The notes under the pieces: model-generated | The model's database searches: none | What the model was told of the DNA's origin: nothing | The model's input: the letters and a program-made list of their open reading frames with translations, nothing else | Shown here: one piece after another, positions 48,154 to 59,243 of the stretch | Layout of the letters: each line of letters starts with the position of its first letter | How positions within the stretch are numbered: the first letter of the stretch is position 1 | Assembly: GCA_030704615.1 (NCBI GenBank) | Contig: CM060731.1 | Span: 32,116,001-32,180,000 of the forward strand | Direction of reading: 5' to 3' | Length of the DNA stretch: 64,000 nt | From: Takakia lepidozioides | Lineage: Eukaryota; Plantae; Bryophyta | Position numbers and translations under genes: made by a program

Positions 48154-50708
48154 GTCAGTAAATGTGCAGTGGTGGCATTCAACGAACGAGGAGAGGGAGG
48201 AAGTGATCTCAAGTGGCAGTGGGTAGCCAAGAGATTCCGATCCTCCCTTCCTACACATACCTGGGCGTTGAGTTTTCCTCCAACTGCAATTGGGATGCAC
48301 ATATTCAGAAAGTTGTTCATACTGGCAAGCGCAAAGTGCTGGGTCTCACTAAATTTTTCCACTGCAGAGGGATCAACTCTGAGGTCAAGAAAACCATGCT
48401 TTGTCGCGTTATTGGACCTGCCTTGGAGCACGCATCTGCAATATGGGTTGATAACTCCAACCAGGCTAAGTCTCTAGAATCCATTCAAGTGGGGTGCTTA
48501 AGGAGTGCATCTCAGCATGCTCCAAAACAGCCAATGTGGCTGTTCGGGGTGAGGTTGGCATCCCTTCCATAAGCTCCCGACGAGATGAGTTCAAGGTCAG
48601 ATGGTGGGGTCAGCTGCATCACATGTCCAACATCAGATATCCTAAGTTAATCGACTCTATATCTGGAAACAGGATCGCCCTGTCAAACAGGCTAAGTCCT
48701 GGCGGAGAGTAGAAGAGATTCTCAAGGATCTGAATCTTAACCCGCAACTCTTGACCCTGCTGGATAAATCTGACTTAGAGGCTGTAGTGTCCAAAGCCAT
48801 GTCTGTTGCCAGGAAATTGTCTGATGAAAATGAAGTTAGGCAGAAAACATCCCTGAACTTGTTTCCAGTCTGTGACATGGGGGAGGACATCATGGATGAC
48901 CTCAAGGGTCTACCCACTTTCGGCACTAGACTGAAATTTAAACTCGGGGCGGGAAGGCTACCTTTGAAGCAAACAGAAGCAGAGAGGAAAGGGAGAGTGC
49001 AATTGCCCGTTGTGTGGGCAACCTGAAGACAATGTTCATTTTCTGACTCATTGTCCGGGCCTAGTTATTGGGCAAACCACACACACTAGGTTGATGCTTG
49101 TGTAAAGGGATTTCTAGAGGATATCTGGAAAACCGGATCAGTTGATTATTCCAAGGTAAGTCTTACTACCGGCGTCAGCCCCGGACAAAGGTAAGTTCGG
49201 TCCCTTTGTGTTCCGCTCAAACTGGGCACAGGGTCAATGGCCACAAGGCTACGGCAAACAAAGTCTTATGAGTACATTCTCTCTCTAGAAGCTAACGTTA
49301 GTAAATGCGCAGTGGTGGCATTCAATGACCGTGGGGAGGGAGGAGGGGATCTCAAATGGAAATGGGGTGATGAAGAGATCCCTGTACTCCCATCTACCCA
49401 CATCTTCCTGCACATATCTTGGGGTTAAATTTTCCTCCAACTGTAACTGGAATGCGCATATACAAAAAGTGACTCAATCAGCAGAGGGATAAATACTGAA
49501 GTTAAAAGGACCATGCACTACAACATTATTAGGCCGGCCTTGGAGCACGCATCTAACATTGGTCAACAATTCCACCCATGCTAAGTCTCTAGAAACCATT
49601 CAGGTTGCGGTGCTCAAAGAAAGCATGTCGACTTGTTCTAGAACAGGTAATGTGGCTATTCGGGATGAGTTTGGCATACCTTCCTTAAAGCTCCCAACAA
49701 GATGAATTCAAGGTCAGATGGTGGGGTCAGTTGCATCGCATGCCTAATACCAGATACCCGGAGTTAATCGACGCTATTTCTTGGAAGTAAGACCGTCCTG
49801 TTAAACAGGCTAGGTCTCCGCTGAAAAGGGTAGAAGAGATTTTCAAGTATCCGAATATTAGTCTAGAAGAAATCACCCTTACTGGATGACGCTGACCTGG
49901 AGGAGTTGTGTCCAAATCCATGTCTCATGCCCAAAGACTGTCCTGAAAGTGAAGTTAGGCATACAACTCCCCTGAACTTGTTTCCAGTCATGGGCAAGGA
50001 CCTTAAGGATGATCTCAAGGGCCTACATACCCTCGGCACTAGACTGAAATTTAAACTCAGGGTGGGAAGCCGACCTTGAACAACAGACAGATGCGGAGAG
50101 GAAGAGGAGATTGTCATTGCCCAAAGTGCAGGCAGCCTGAAGACAATATCCACTTTCTGATACATTGTCCAGGATATTCTCACCAGAGAGTGACCCTCTT
50201 CAGGACCATCAAGAACATTGTCCCTGCACCTCTGTTCAACTTTCAAAATCTTGAGGCTGAACCGAAAGCACTGCCCCGGTTGGGTTCTAAATGCTGGGTA
50301 GCTCACACACAGCAAGTTGATGCTTGTGTGAAGGGCTTTCTAGAGGATATCTGGAAAACCCGTCCTAATTGTCTCCATCAAGGTAAGTACCACTACCGGA
50401 GTGAGCCCCTCACAAAGGTAGTATCCCAAACTGGGCGCGGGGTCTATGGCCATAAGGCTACGGCAACAACGTCGTCATTCTCTAGAAATTCAGAAGAATT
50501 CCGAGGTATTTCGGGTTTTAAAGGATCTCGAGTAGCTTCACACCACGGAGGGGTGATTCCAAAGAGAAAAGAAACAAGGGCGTAACGAGAGAGAAAATAG
50601 AGACCCCGAACCCATTGCTCCAAGGGTCCAACCCCATCGAAGGCTTAGCAAGAAAACACATAAAAAATCGAGAGTGAACCTCTTGGTAAAAGCGAAGTCA
50701 GACGCCAT
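35863..50708 (-). CDS. KIAA0930: KIAA0930 / DUF2045 family protein (intact multi-exon gene)
   Basis: Exons 50708-50680 (tentative first exon), 39880-39703, 39136-39053, 38821-38715, 38483-38423, 38310-38248, 37866-37792, 37504-37352, 36972-36918, 36608-36501, 36316-36087 and 35886-35863 splice in phase. Motifs: FWCELLDLFF, DDDLVFFVR, FVRRWAP, VDWWRSFYLNLICHT, VYASPSR, AYPDICFVVDDYD, TLFSGFVSY, MRGPGGRG, LRCCLMSLSLPW. Confidence 0.88.
39925..40374 (+). mobile_element. Two short 3' fragments of the RTEX-like LINE inserted at one site
   Basis: Both end in ATGAGTACAT; TCTCTTATCTCCTC occurs three times (39906, 39961, 40375) as a shared TSD. Confidence 0.75.
42200..44322 (+). mobile_element. Old, internally deleted RTEX-like LINE copy
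   Basis: LGTLNF endonuclease start, AVNWWT, VAQGCTLSTLLFNVFI..LMFVDDF, GLPTLDTRLKFKL; ends TTATGAGTACAT. Confidence 0.75.
44991..50480 (+). mobile_element. Head-to-tail array of RTEX/RTE-like LINE copies; best RT ORF 46354-47775, endonuclease remnant 45875-46156
   Basis: VGCVYMP..LLGDFNARVG; KASGPDGI, NYRGIMLL, QAGFQRNRGCVDHIF, FLDVKKAYDTVWR, GVAQGCTLSPLLFNVFI, MFADD; C-terminal CPLC..ED..HFLIHCP. Copies end in ATGAGTACA(T/A)+(TC)n at ~45735, 48118 and 49277. Confidence 0.88.
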
Positions 50709-51279
50709 CTGTGTGTCCGCTCTAGCTAAGCGTTTGTCCAGAGCGGTCAGTCTGGAGTGTATGCCTGGAATCACCCTGAAGCCGACCGTCCACAATTAAG
50801 CACAAATGCGGGCTTCTTGCACGTAGACCGTCTATCCCCTTCAGCCTCCTGTGCTGCACAACCCATACTACCATGACACGAAGCTGGTGCTGTTCGCATG
50901 CATCGCCACAACACTCGGGTATGATCCGGCTCTAACTTAGTTTGTGTGTACGTATGCATTGCATTTTCACAGAACATTTCCTTACGAAACAAGTACGCCA
51001 AGTACGATACTTGGGAACGTCATAACTCAACTTCTGTTCAACTTTCTTCAATATGAATCAAAATAGTATGTCTGTGGTCTGTGGGCATCATGGATTAAGA
51101 TACAACGCCAAAAGGAGTTGCTGGGTGACACTTGACACCATGAAATGTGTAAATGGGAGGAGTGGTTACATTTTACCGGGACCCACTTCAAATTGTAGGC
51201 ATGTTCAAAGTTTGCCTTCCAAATTGTCACAAAACAGACATGGCATGAATGGTGCCTTACTAAGTGTAATACCTCCCCT

Positions 51280-53060
51280 GTGAAGCCAGACTCGCTCCTT
51301 CTACCTCCTCTACGGTGCTGAGCTTTAAAAGGGCATGCAGCTCGGTAAAGCTAGCTAGGTAGGCAAGTGGGATCTTCTGCAGAGGACTTTGGATCTTGCT
51401 TGCAAGATTCTCACTCATCCACAATCAACATACATCATTCATCTGCTTGCACACCAAATTAGCACGGAGGTACATTGGTCACCAAAAGGTGTCCAGTGTC
51501 CATCTTCTTGCTGGAAGGGAGTAGCCCTTCGGGGTCAAGAGACACCATAAGTTACGCTTCCTTGGGGAAGTATCATATTGCTACTGCTACATTGGTCACC
51601 GCTTGTCCATCACCCATATTTATATAATCCTTCAACCCTAAGCACGCTGGCGAGCTTGGCCTTTCCAGATTGGCTCCACAAATTCTCCCATGTTTATATA
51701 ATCCTTCACCCCTAAGCACAGTCGCGAGCTTGGCCTTCCCTAATTGGCTCCACAACTTCTTATCCAAGTGCCTAACCTGATCAGATGCCATGCTGACAGG
51801 ATGAGGATAAGCTAGCTGTTTAAGTAAGGACATACTTAATACATAGGTGTTGCCAGTTCAACTATTACAATCCCATTCTATGATTTGCCATGATTCCTCA
51901 GGAGTTCCTTTTTGCTTTTCAACTTTCTGTGTATGCAAAGCTGATTGTGGGAAAGCTTTCCACTATGTCTTCACCTCCTCGGCCATATTTTCCCCGAGCT
52001 CGTAAACAAACACTAGTTAGGGCTGGATACTATGTGGACGATAATTCGTCCGATAATTGTGATTCTAGTTTGGATGGTTCGTCCCTCTGAACTTTTTATG
52101 TCATACAGCTCTAGTTATTGTGCTAGACTCTGATTGTGTGGTCATTCAACCCCTTCTGAATTTAGCACTAGGGGTACTGAATTTGATTGTTGTTCTTACA
52201 TTTTCCAATCATTTCCAGCTTTCAAAATTTGCACGGTATATGCAAGCAATGTATGTGACTTGGTCCACGACTATAGGGCCTTCTAGGAACATGGTATCCA
52301 CGGAAATATGGTCGTAGGATACACGACCACCAAACCTTGCTTCCTACCTTAAACCATGACAGCGTGAGCAGGCTCATGTAAGCATGCTCATAGGCTCATG
52401 TAGTGAGCCTGCTCATGTACACCGTAGCATTTCTGGTGGATAATCCACTTTAATCACCAAACTCGGGTCCACGGTCGGATGACTTCAAAACACCAACGAA
52501 CACCGACTCAAAATTAAACTACTAGGGTGTATGTTCATACGTCTCCTACGTCTCCGTAGCTACTGAAGACGATGAAGAAGATGCCATCACCACCAACCGC
52601 AAAAGCTCGATATGCTGGTAATATTACAACTCGACACTTGTTAGCACGGACTTCTTTTCTCACACTTTTGTGCTCCGCCATTGTACCTTGTCCTTCCCCC
52701 TATATCCTTTCCCAGGGCAAGAAAAGGGCATGCAGTTCAATAAAGTTAGCTAGCGAGGCAAGTGGGATATTTTGCATAGGATTTCGGATTCTCACTCATC
52801 CACAATCAACATACATCATTTATATGCTTGTACACCAAATTAGCACTAAGATAGTACACCAGTCGCCAGAGCTTCCCAACATCCATGTTTATATAATCCT
52901 TCAACCCTAAGTACACTCGCCAGCTTGGCCTTTCCTGATTGGCTCCACAAATTCTAAACCAACTGTCTAACCAGATCGGGTGTCACGTTGGCAGAATGAG
53001 GATAAGCTAATTGTTTAAGTAAGGACAAATATTTAATTAACATAGGAGTCGTGAACTCAA
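51280..53060 (+). repeat. Diverged direct repeat pair (~51320-51860 and ~52720-53060)
   Basis: Shared blocks AAAAGGGCATGCAG..., CTCACTCATCCACAATCAACATACATCATT, TATATAATCCTTCAACCCTAAG, GAGGATAAGCTA..TGTTTAAGTAAGGACA. Confidence 0.6.
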
Positions 53061-53177
53061 CTGTTAGGTCTTTATCATAATGGTCATCCATCATGTCCAG
53101 GGTAGATGGAATCAACATCCCCCCCTCCCCCCCCCCCCAGCTTTTAATATGATTGTCCACATATGGTAAGAGGTTAA

Positions 53178-54327
53178 CACTATAGCAAAATGGGGGGGGG
53201 GGTTTGCGACGCCAGCCGCGCCCCCATGCCCCCCGCGGCGCTGAGCCTGCGACGCCAACCCCGCGGCGTTTTTTTGCAACGCCCAGCAGTCGCAAGGTGA
53301 CATAAAGGGGAAAGGGGCCCCCGCTGCGACCCCCGCGTCGCAACACTATTTTATTTTATTTTTGGTTTTTTTTTTGGGTGTTGCGACGCCTTGGCATCGC
53401 AAAAGCGTCACTGAGGGCGAACCAACGCCTCTGCAACGTCGGGGTGTCGCAACGGCATCCCCAAAATGGCGGTTTGTTTTTTTTTTTTTTTTTTGGGCTT
53501 TGCGGCCCTCAACGTCACAAAAGCGTCGCGGGGGGCGCCCAACATTGCGACGCCAGGGGGTCACAACGACGTCGCCATAGGGGGTCACTACGGTGTTGTA
53601 GTCGGCTTAGGTCATCACAAGGATGTCGCTTGGGGCGCTTGGCGGTGGGGCTACAACAACGGCGATGACGCTGAGACTGGGGCTGGGGCTAGACACTAAG
53701 GCTGTGGAGGTTGCAACTCCCCGACGTCACAAGATGGACCTTCTTTAAAAGGAACTTGAAAGAAATCTTGATATGTATATATATATTTAGATTGCTTTTG
53801 TGATACATAGATGTATCGTAGGTGTGTTGGTTAGTCTGTAGTGTCTTAGAAATGTTATAACGTGGAGGTCCTAGGTGCAAGTATGCATTGCCTAACATAT
53901 GTAGAAACAATGGATATATCGTCATTGGACAGAATTGTAGTCAATGGTCAACGCCGGAGTCAATGATCAACAAGTTTTTGAAATTCAAATTTCAAATTCA
54001 AATTTTCCTACCTAAATTCAAATGTACCCCTTTAAACGCGACGTCCGAGCGTCACACTTTGCGACCCCCGGACGTTGCTTATTCGGTATTGCAGAGTAGG
54101 ATTTTTTATTTTATTTTATTTTTTGCGACCCCTAGGCGTCGCAAGTCGCGCCGGCGTCGTAAATCGCTGGTGGCGCAAATTTGCGACCCCCATTGGACGC
54201 CCGGGCGTCGCAAGTTTGGCCCCTCCCCCCTACCCGAAAAAAATTGTTTTGCGACGTCGCGGCGTGGCTGCGGCGTCGCCCCCCCCCCCCCCCCCCCCTT
54301 TTTTTTTTTTTTTCCTATATTGTAATG
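53178..54327. mobile_element. Probable non-autonomous CACTA-like element (degenerate ends)
   Basis: Starts CACTATAG and ends TTGTAATG; dense inverted TTGCGAC/GTCGCAA subterminal repeats with G and C runs at opposite ends; TSD not matched. Confidence 0.55.
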
Positions 54328-54703
54328 TGGATTCATGCTTGCCTTTGCTTGCAATACAAGCAAAAAATCTGTAGTGCTCTTTGGCATGCATCAACTGATA
54401 GAATCCAAGTAATGGCTACTGTAAGCATCCAAACCAATAAGTTTTGTGGGCTCCAATTGCAAAATGTTGTTGCTATGAAGACTATCATATTCAATACATG
54501 AGTACAACTACAACCTCCAGGTGAAGAGACAATATGCATTGTTTTGTTTATGCCAAAGGTCGGGTCACAATCCAAATGACATTTCACTCTTAACTCTTCA
54601 CAACATGTGACCAGCCCTTGGTCACATCTTATTGACCACATTATTGTGATCACATAAACAATGGTGGATTGTAGCTCACAAACTTGCCATCACACTCAGT
54701 ATA

Positions 54704-54879
54704 TATATATATATATGACGCCTCCCGAAGGGAGCGTAACTTATGGTGTCTCTTCACCACAAGGGCTACTGCCTTCCAACTAGGTGGACACCTTCATGAT
54801 ACACCAGACCGTGGTTTGAAGTCACAACCACATCCAACATGATATATGCCCATTACCACTGGGCTACGCGCTGGTTGTC
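54704..54879 (-). mobile_element. tRNA-derived SINE with (AT)n tail
   Basis: Minus strand has A-box-like TAGCCCAGTGG and B-box-like CTTCAAACC (GTTCAAACC in the 14407-14466 partial copy); 13-bp TSD CACACTCAGTATA (54691, 54880); 3' parts recur at ~15945-16010 and ~51510-51570. Confidence 0.8.
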
Positions 54880-54884
54880 CACAC

Positions 54885-56195
54885 TCAGTATAGAATATCG
54901 TCGTCTGTCACAAACCGGCCAGTGCCTAGATTGACAGCTGTAATGTAAGAGAATACAACAAAGAAGAGGACAAAGGGCTCAACCTCACTGATGGGTTCAA
55001 TCTTGAGCTGTCGTGACAATCTCACCCGTTATTGACAATATTGCAACACCAAGCTGAGCAATGCGCCCCACTAAGAGCTCATTTGCTTTGGTGAAGGCAC
55101 TCTGTCCAAAGGTTATTTTTTCCTCTTTGTATCCAAGGACATTTTATGTCCATTACCTATAAAGTTCTGGAGGCCACTGTCCCCCACTGTCCCTCTTTGT
55201 TAACAAAAATAAAAAAAATAAAAAAAGACAACAATGGCTTATTGGATGTTGTCCAACATGGGAGGGGGGTTGAGGGGAGAATGTGGGGTGAATGAGAGAC
55301 AGGTAAAGATGAAAAGAGACATCTGTGCTCATAAGATGTGATTTTGTGACGTCACATCTGGGTGACAAGTACAGTGTGAGAAAATGTATTCAAGAGATAT
55401 TTGCTGCAGCGGTGTGGTCATAGAGCCCATTGACAGAACACAAGGGAATGGGCACTATCTTTGTGAGGGGCTCACTCTAGTAGTGGGACTTACCTTGGTA
55501 TAAGCAATTGGTTTGGGCTTTCCAGATTGACTATAGAAAGCCCTTCACACAAACATCAATTGATGTTTGTCGAGCTGCCTAGCTGCCTAGGCTCAGCCTC
55601 AAGATTTTGAAAGTTGGTGAACAGAGGTGCAATGACTATATTCTTGATGGTCCTAAACTAGAGGGACGTTGCTCACTGATAAAATACCCCGGACATTGTA
55701 TCAGAAAATGGGCCACCCCACACATCGGGCATTGAGCATCTCCCTTTCCTCTTTGCAACTGTTTACTTTCCAAAGGTACACTCCCCACCCAGTCTAGTGC
55801 AGAGGGTACGTAGGCCATTCCATACAGTGTGAGAGAGAACATGAAAGAGAGATGAGATGAAACCATGTCCATACAGTAGTCCAAGAGCTTCTGCCCTGGA
55901 CTCCAGTGGTAATACTGTAAGATGGTAATGTAAATCTCACCTCCTGTATTCAAGCCCAGTGCACTGCGTACACCCCAGCCAAAGGGATTGATAGCTCTGT
56001 CTAACCCAGTTGTGATCTTATCCACAAACCAGCCCCGGTCACCAAGACCTCCAATTGCACCCGCCACTATTAAGAGGATGAAGACAAGTAACAACGGCTC
56101 TGTTTCAAACAGAGGGATGTGAGTTTCCACTCCAAATTTGAGCCAGAACACCGTCACCGTTCCATGTCAGAGCTTCCCATTGCAACGATGTGTGT
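54885..56195 (-). pseudogene. PsbS: Photosystem II subunit S pseudogene (last two exons only)
   Basis: ~56195-55941: ..VLAQ/FGVETHIPLFETEPLLLVFILLIVAGAIGGLGDRGWFVD..GLDRAINPFGWGVRSALGLNTGG|gtgag. ~55101-54885: FTKANELLVGRIAQLG..GEIVT../PISEVEPFVLF..AVNLGTGRFVTDD. Frameshifts and deletions; no N-terminal exons found. Confidence 0.88.
55440..55800 (-). mobile_element. 3' fragment of the RTEX-like LINE in the PsbS intron
   Basis: The reverse complement matches the LINE 3' region (QRGKGDAQCPMC..HFLIQCPG; GAGTGAGCCCCTCACAAAG). Confidence 0.7.
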
Positions 56196-57157
56196 GCTCT
56201 ATGAAACAGAGACTGCTGCACCAATCAGGAGCTTGGAGAGACAGAACACAAACACAATATTAGTAATGTTCTATATCATCATGCAACCACCTCCAAGATG
56301 TGGTCCATCTTGTTTATAGGTACCCTTGTCACTTCTTTGCTACCTAGATACACATATTTATATAATTTGTTCGTTGGATAACTCTCAACTAATTGCCAAT
56401 ATGCAAAAAAAGTGCCAATCATCCTAGTTCAAAGAACTGAAGAAAATCTTTAAAATAATTCTATATTGGAAAACGAGTTATGACCTGAATTTATTTTAAG
56501 GGTCAAGTGATTTGGGTACCCAAGGGTATGAAACCATTCTTTGTGGGTGTGAGTCCAAGGATACGACAAATGTTATTGCATTGATGGGCTTCCACACATC
56601 TCTTCATCCCGGGCTCACTCCAATTTGTTCTTGTTTTGTCATAATGCAATGCGTCCTTACAATGCGCAGCAGGGTCGCGTAACCAAAATTCTTTGAACCC
56701 GTTGGCATCCCTGTTTGCACACCTTGCAAATCGGTGACCATGAGCAAGCCTTTGGAACGATGGTATGTCCAGTGTGAAAATGCATGGAGGGTTGCGGCAT
56801 ACTCCTTTGTATTCACATAATTCAAATTGTTGGAATGTCTGATCCAATTGCCCTCCAAATACTTCTCCATGTTATAATATTTTGATCCAACCCTCAATAT
56901 AGACACCAATGTGAATTGCACAGTCTTGTATTCGCACATATGTCGCCTCTGATCACTGTTGGATAAAAACACAACAATTGAAAATGTCGTGTCAGCAAGT
57001 GATAGCACATTAGATATGTAGAGAGCCCTATGCAACTTTTGCGTCACATGTGATCTTTTAAACCGCATTACCACCAACACATTATATGGAATAATATGGA
57101 GAAATCCTAAAAGTACTTACTACAACTTCACGTTTATACACTCTATTATGTTAGTAC

Positions 57158-57440
57158 CAATGTTGGGCGGATCTAAACCTTTTTGTAATATCCGCGGGTT
57201 CCAAATATTACCAATATGACAAAGAGCAGATCCGGGTATGCGTCCACTTACTAAGTTTAGGGCTGAGATCTGCCAGGTATTGACGGGTATTGGCTGGATA
57301 TCCGTCGGGTATTACACTGGGTATAGGATTTTTTCTTTCGTATTTTCATATTGGCCGCTTATGCATCTAACCCGGATACTGAAAAATGCCGGTTCCATTC
57401 GGGGTCGATATCCTGATGACTCTATATACGCCCAACACTG
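57158..57440. mobile_element. hAT MITE (intronic)
   Basis: TIR CA(A/G)TGTTGGGCG; 8-bp TSD GTTAGTAC (57150, 57441). Confidence 0.88.
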
Positions 57441-57456
57441 GTTAGTACGTTAGTAC

Positions 57457-58392
57457 CAGTGTTGGGCGGTTACCTGCCTGGCCCCGGGTAACCGCCGGTT
57501 CCGGTTATGTGGAACCGGACCGGAACCGGACCCGCCTGTGCAGAACCGGAACCGGAACCGGAACCACTCATTGGGGATTGTGTGGGAACCGGAACCGGCG
57601 GTTCCAGCTACGACCACATGTGTGGGAACTGGCGGTTCCAGCTCCAAAGCGGTTCCGGTTCCGGTTCCGGTCCACCCGTGGGCTGTAGCCCTAAATGGGG
57701 CTGTAGCCCTGAATGTCTCTAGTACCTACCAAAGCGCTTCTAAGTCCGGTTCTTGGTTCTTGACCCCAAGGTGGGGCTGGTGGGCCCAGGGAAAAACTTA
57801 TTTAATGCTCTTAAGCTCCTGAGATCCTGGGTTCAATGCTTGAAGGCCATGAGATTCTATGTTCAATGCTTCAGCGCCATGAGATCTTGGGTTCAATCTC
57901 CAGCTCCATGATATCCAGCTCCATGATATCCTGGCTAAGTTCATTAATAAAATGTTTGAAGATGCCAATACTTGCCAGGTAGCTGAATAGTACTTTCGAC
58001 CCATAAAATTTTACCCATTTTCTTCTACCAGTTTATTTAGAGTATTTTTGTTTGTTTTTTTGTGTTAGTGAAAACTAACAAAATCGTTGGATTTTAGTTC
58101 AAATATGTGAATACACTGCTATTTAATCTACCGGACTGATAAAATATTTTAAATCTAATTAAATTAAACAAATATATTTTTAAAATAGAACCGGAACCTA
58201 ACCGGAACCGATGGTTTTTATCAGCAACTAACCGGTAACCGGAACCGCCCCCATGTTTAAAAGTTGGATCCGGAACCGGACAGGAACCGGCTCAATAAAA
58301 AAAACCGGAACCGGATCCGGAACCGTCTCTTGAAATAATTTTGGAACCGGAACCGAAGGTTCCTTCACAAATGCAAGAACCGCCCAACACTG
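57457..58392. mobile_element. hAT MITE with (GAACCG)n subterminal repeats (intronic)
   Basis: TIR CAGTGTTGGGCGGTT; TSD GTTAGTAC (57449, 58393). Confidence 0.9.
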
Positions 58393-58928
58393 GTTAGTAC
58401 CCTCTTATAAGCATAATATGAATTAGCCTCCACCAACCCATCATGTATGGTGAACTTCTTGACAAATTCGGATGAAAACTTGCTTACAACCACTTCTCAT
58501 TGAATCCCTTGACTTTCAATCAGTAGACGAATCGTTGAATACAGTATACAACCTTCCAATTTCGCGGTTGAACTCCCTTGCCATTAGAGCTGCCACTGTT
58601 TGCACCTCCATTTGCTCACAGTAGGCCTCCAATGAGTGCAGTCGGCTCACATCTTGCCCAAGAGGTGTTTTGAATCTCTTCACCACCATGTGTCTGCATG
58701 CATGTGGTTGGGCACTATATGATGGTAGAAGAGTACTCGACAAACATGTATTGCCAAAATGTATCATCCCGCAAAGCTCTGAAACGAATTGCATCCCAGA
58801 TTTTATGTCAAGCTCCGAAATTTTGTCTCAGTATGTTCGTCAATAGAGCATTTGCCAACCCATTGTGCTGCTCAAATTGTTCTTCTCATGATACTCACTT
58901 GGTGGTTGGTGCACAATGGCATGGTAGG

Positions 58929-59243
58929 CCCAGTCACCGCGAACGGAAAACGAGTTCACAAAATCAATGCTTGAAAACGTAAAAAAACGGGCGTTCTCAT
59001 AGAAGAGGAAATTAGAAAACGTAACAGAAAACGGCATGAGCAACGAACGTAGTTGCCTGATTTCGACAGAATCTGTTCTAGCAGGGCTCTAGGGTTTGTT
59101 GCCCGATTTTTCATCCAGTCAAATTGTGGATGAAACAATTATCATCCAAACCTAAACGTTTTCCCTACGTTTCTTTTTTCTTACAGCAGGAACGTCAGAA
59201 ACGACGTTCTCCTAAGTCTCTCAGGACGTTCACGGTGACTGGG
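58929..59243. mobile_element. TIR MITE (hAT-like by TSD length) inserted in the alpha-kinase N-lobe exon
   Basis: TIR CCCAGTCACCG(C/T)GAACG; 8-bp TSD ATGGTAGG (58921, 59244); removing it restores ...IRWPYH-AIVHQPP. Confidence 0.88.

Noticed and set aside
51280-53060. Direct repeats as LTRs of a TRIM
   Set aside because: No clear TG...CA ends, PBS, PPT or TSD found; kept only as a repeat.
53112-54501. Many overlapping Arg/Pro/Gly-rich ORFs
   Set aside because: Artefacts of GC-rich subterminal repeats in the CACTA-like element.
55636-56157. 173-aa ORF as a novel membrane protein
   Set aside because: Chimeric read-through of a PsbS exon, its intron and a LINE fragment.
57450-57822. EPEPEP/NRNRNR ORFs
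   Set aside because: Translations of the (GAACCG)n repeats of the hAT MITE.
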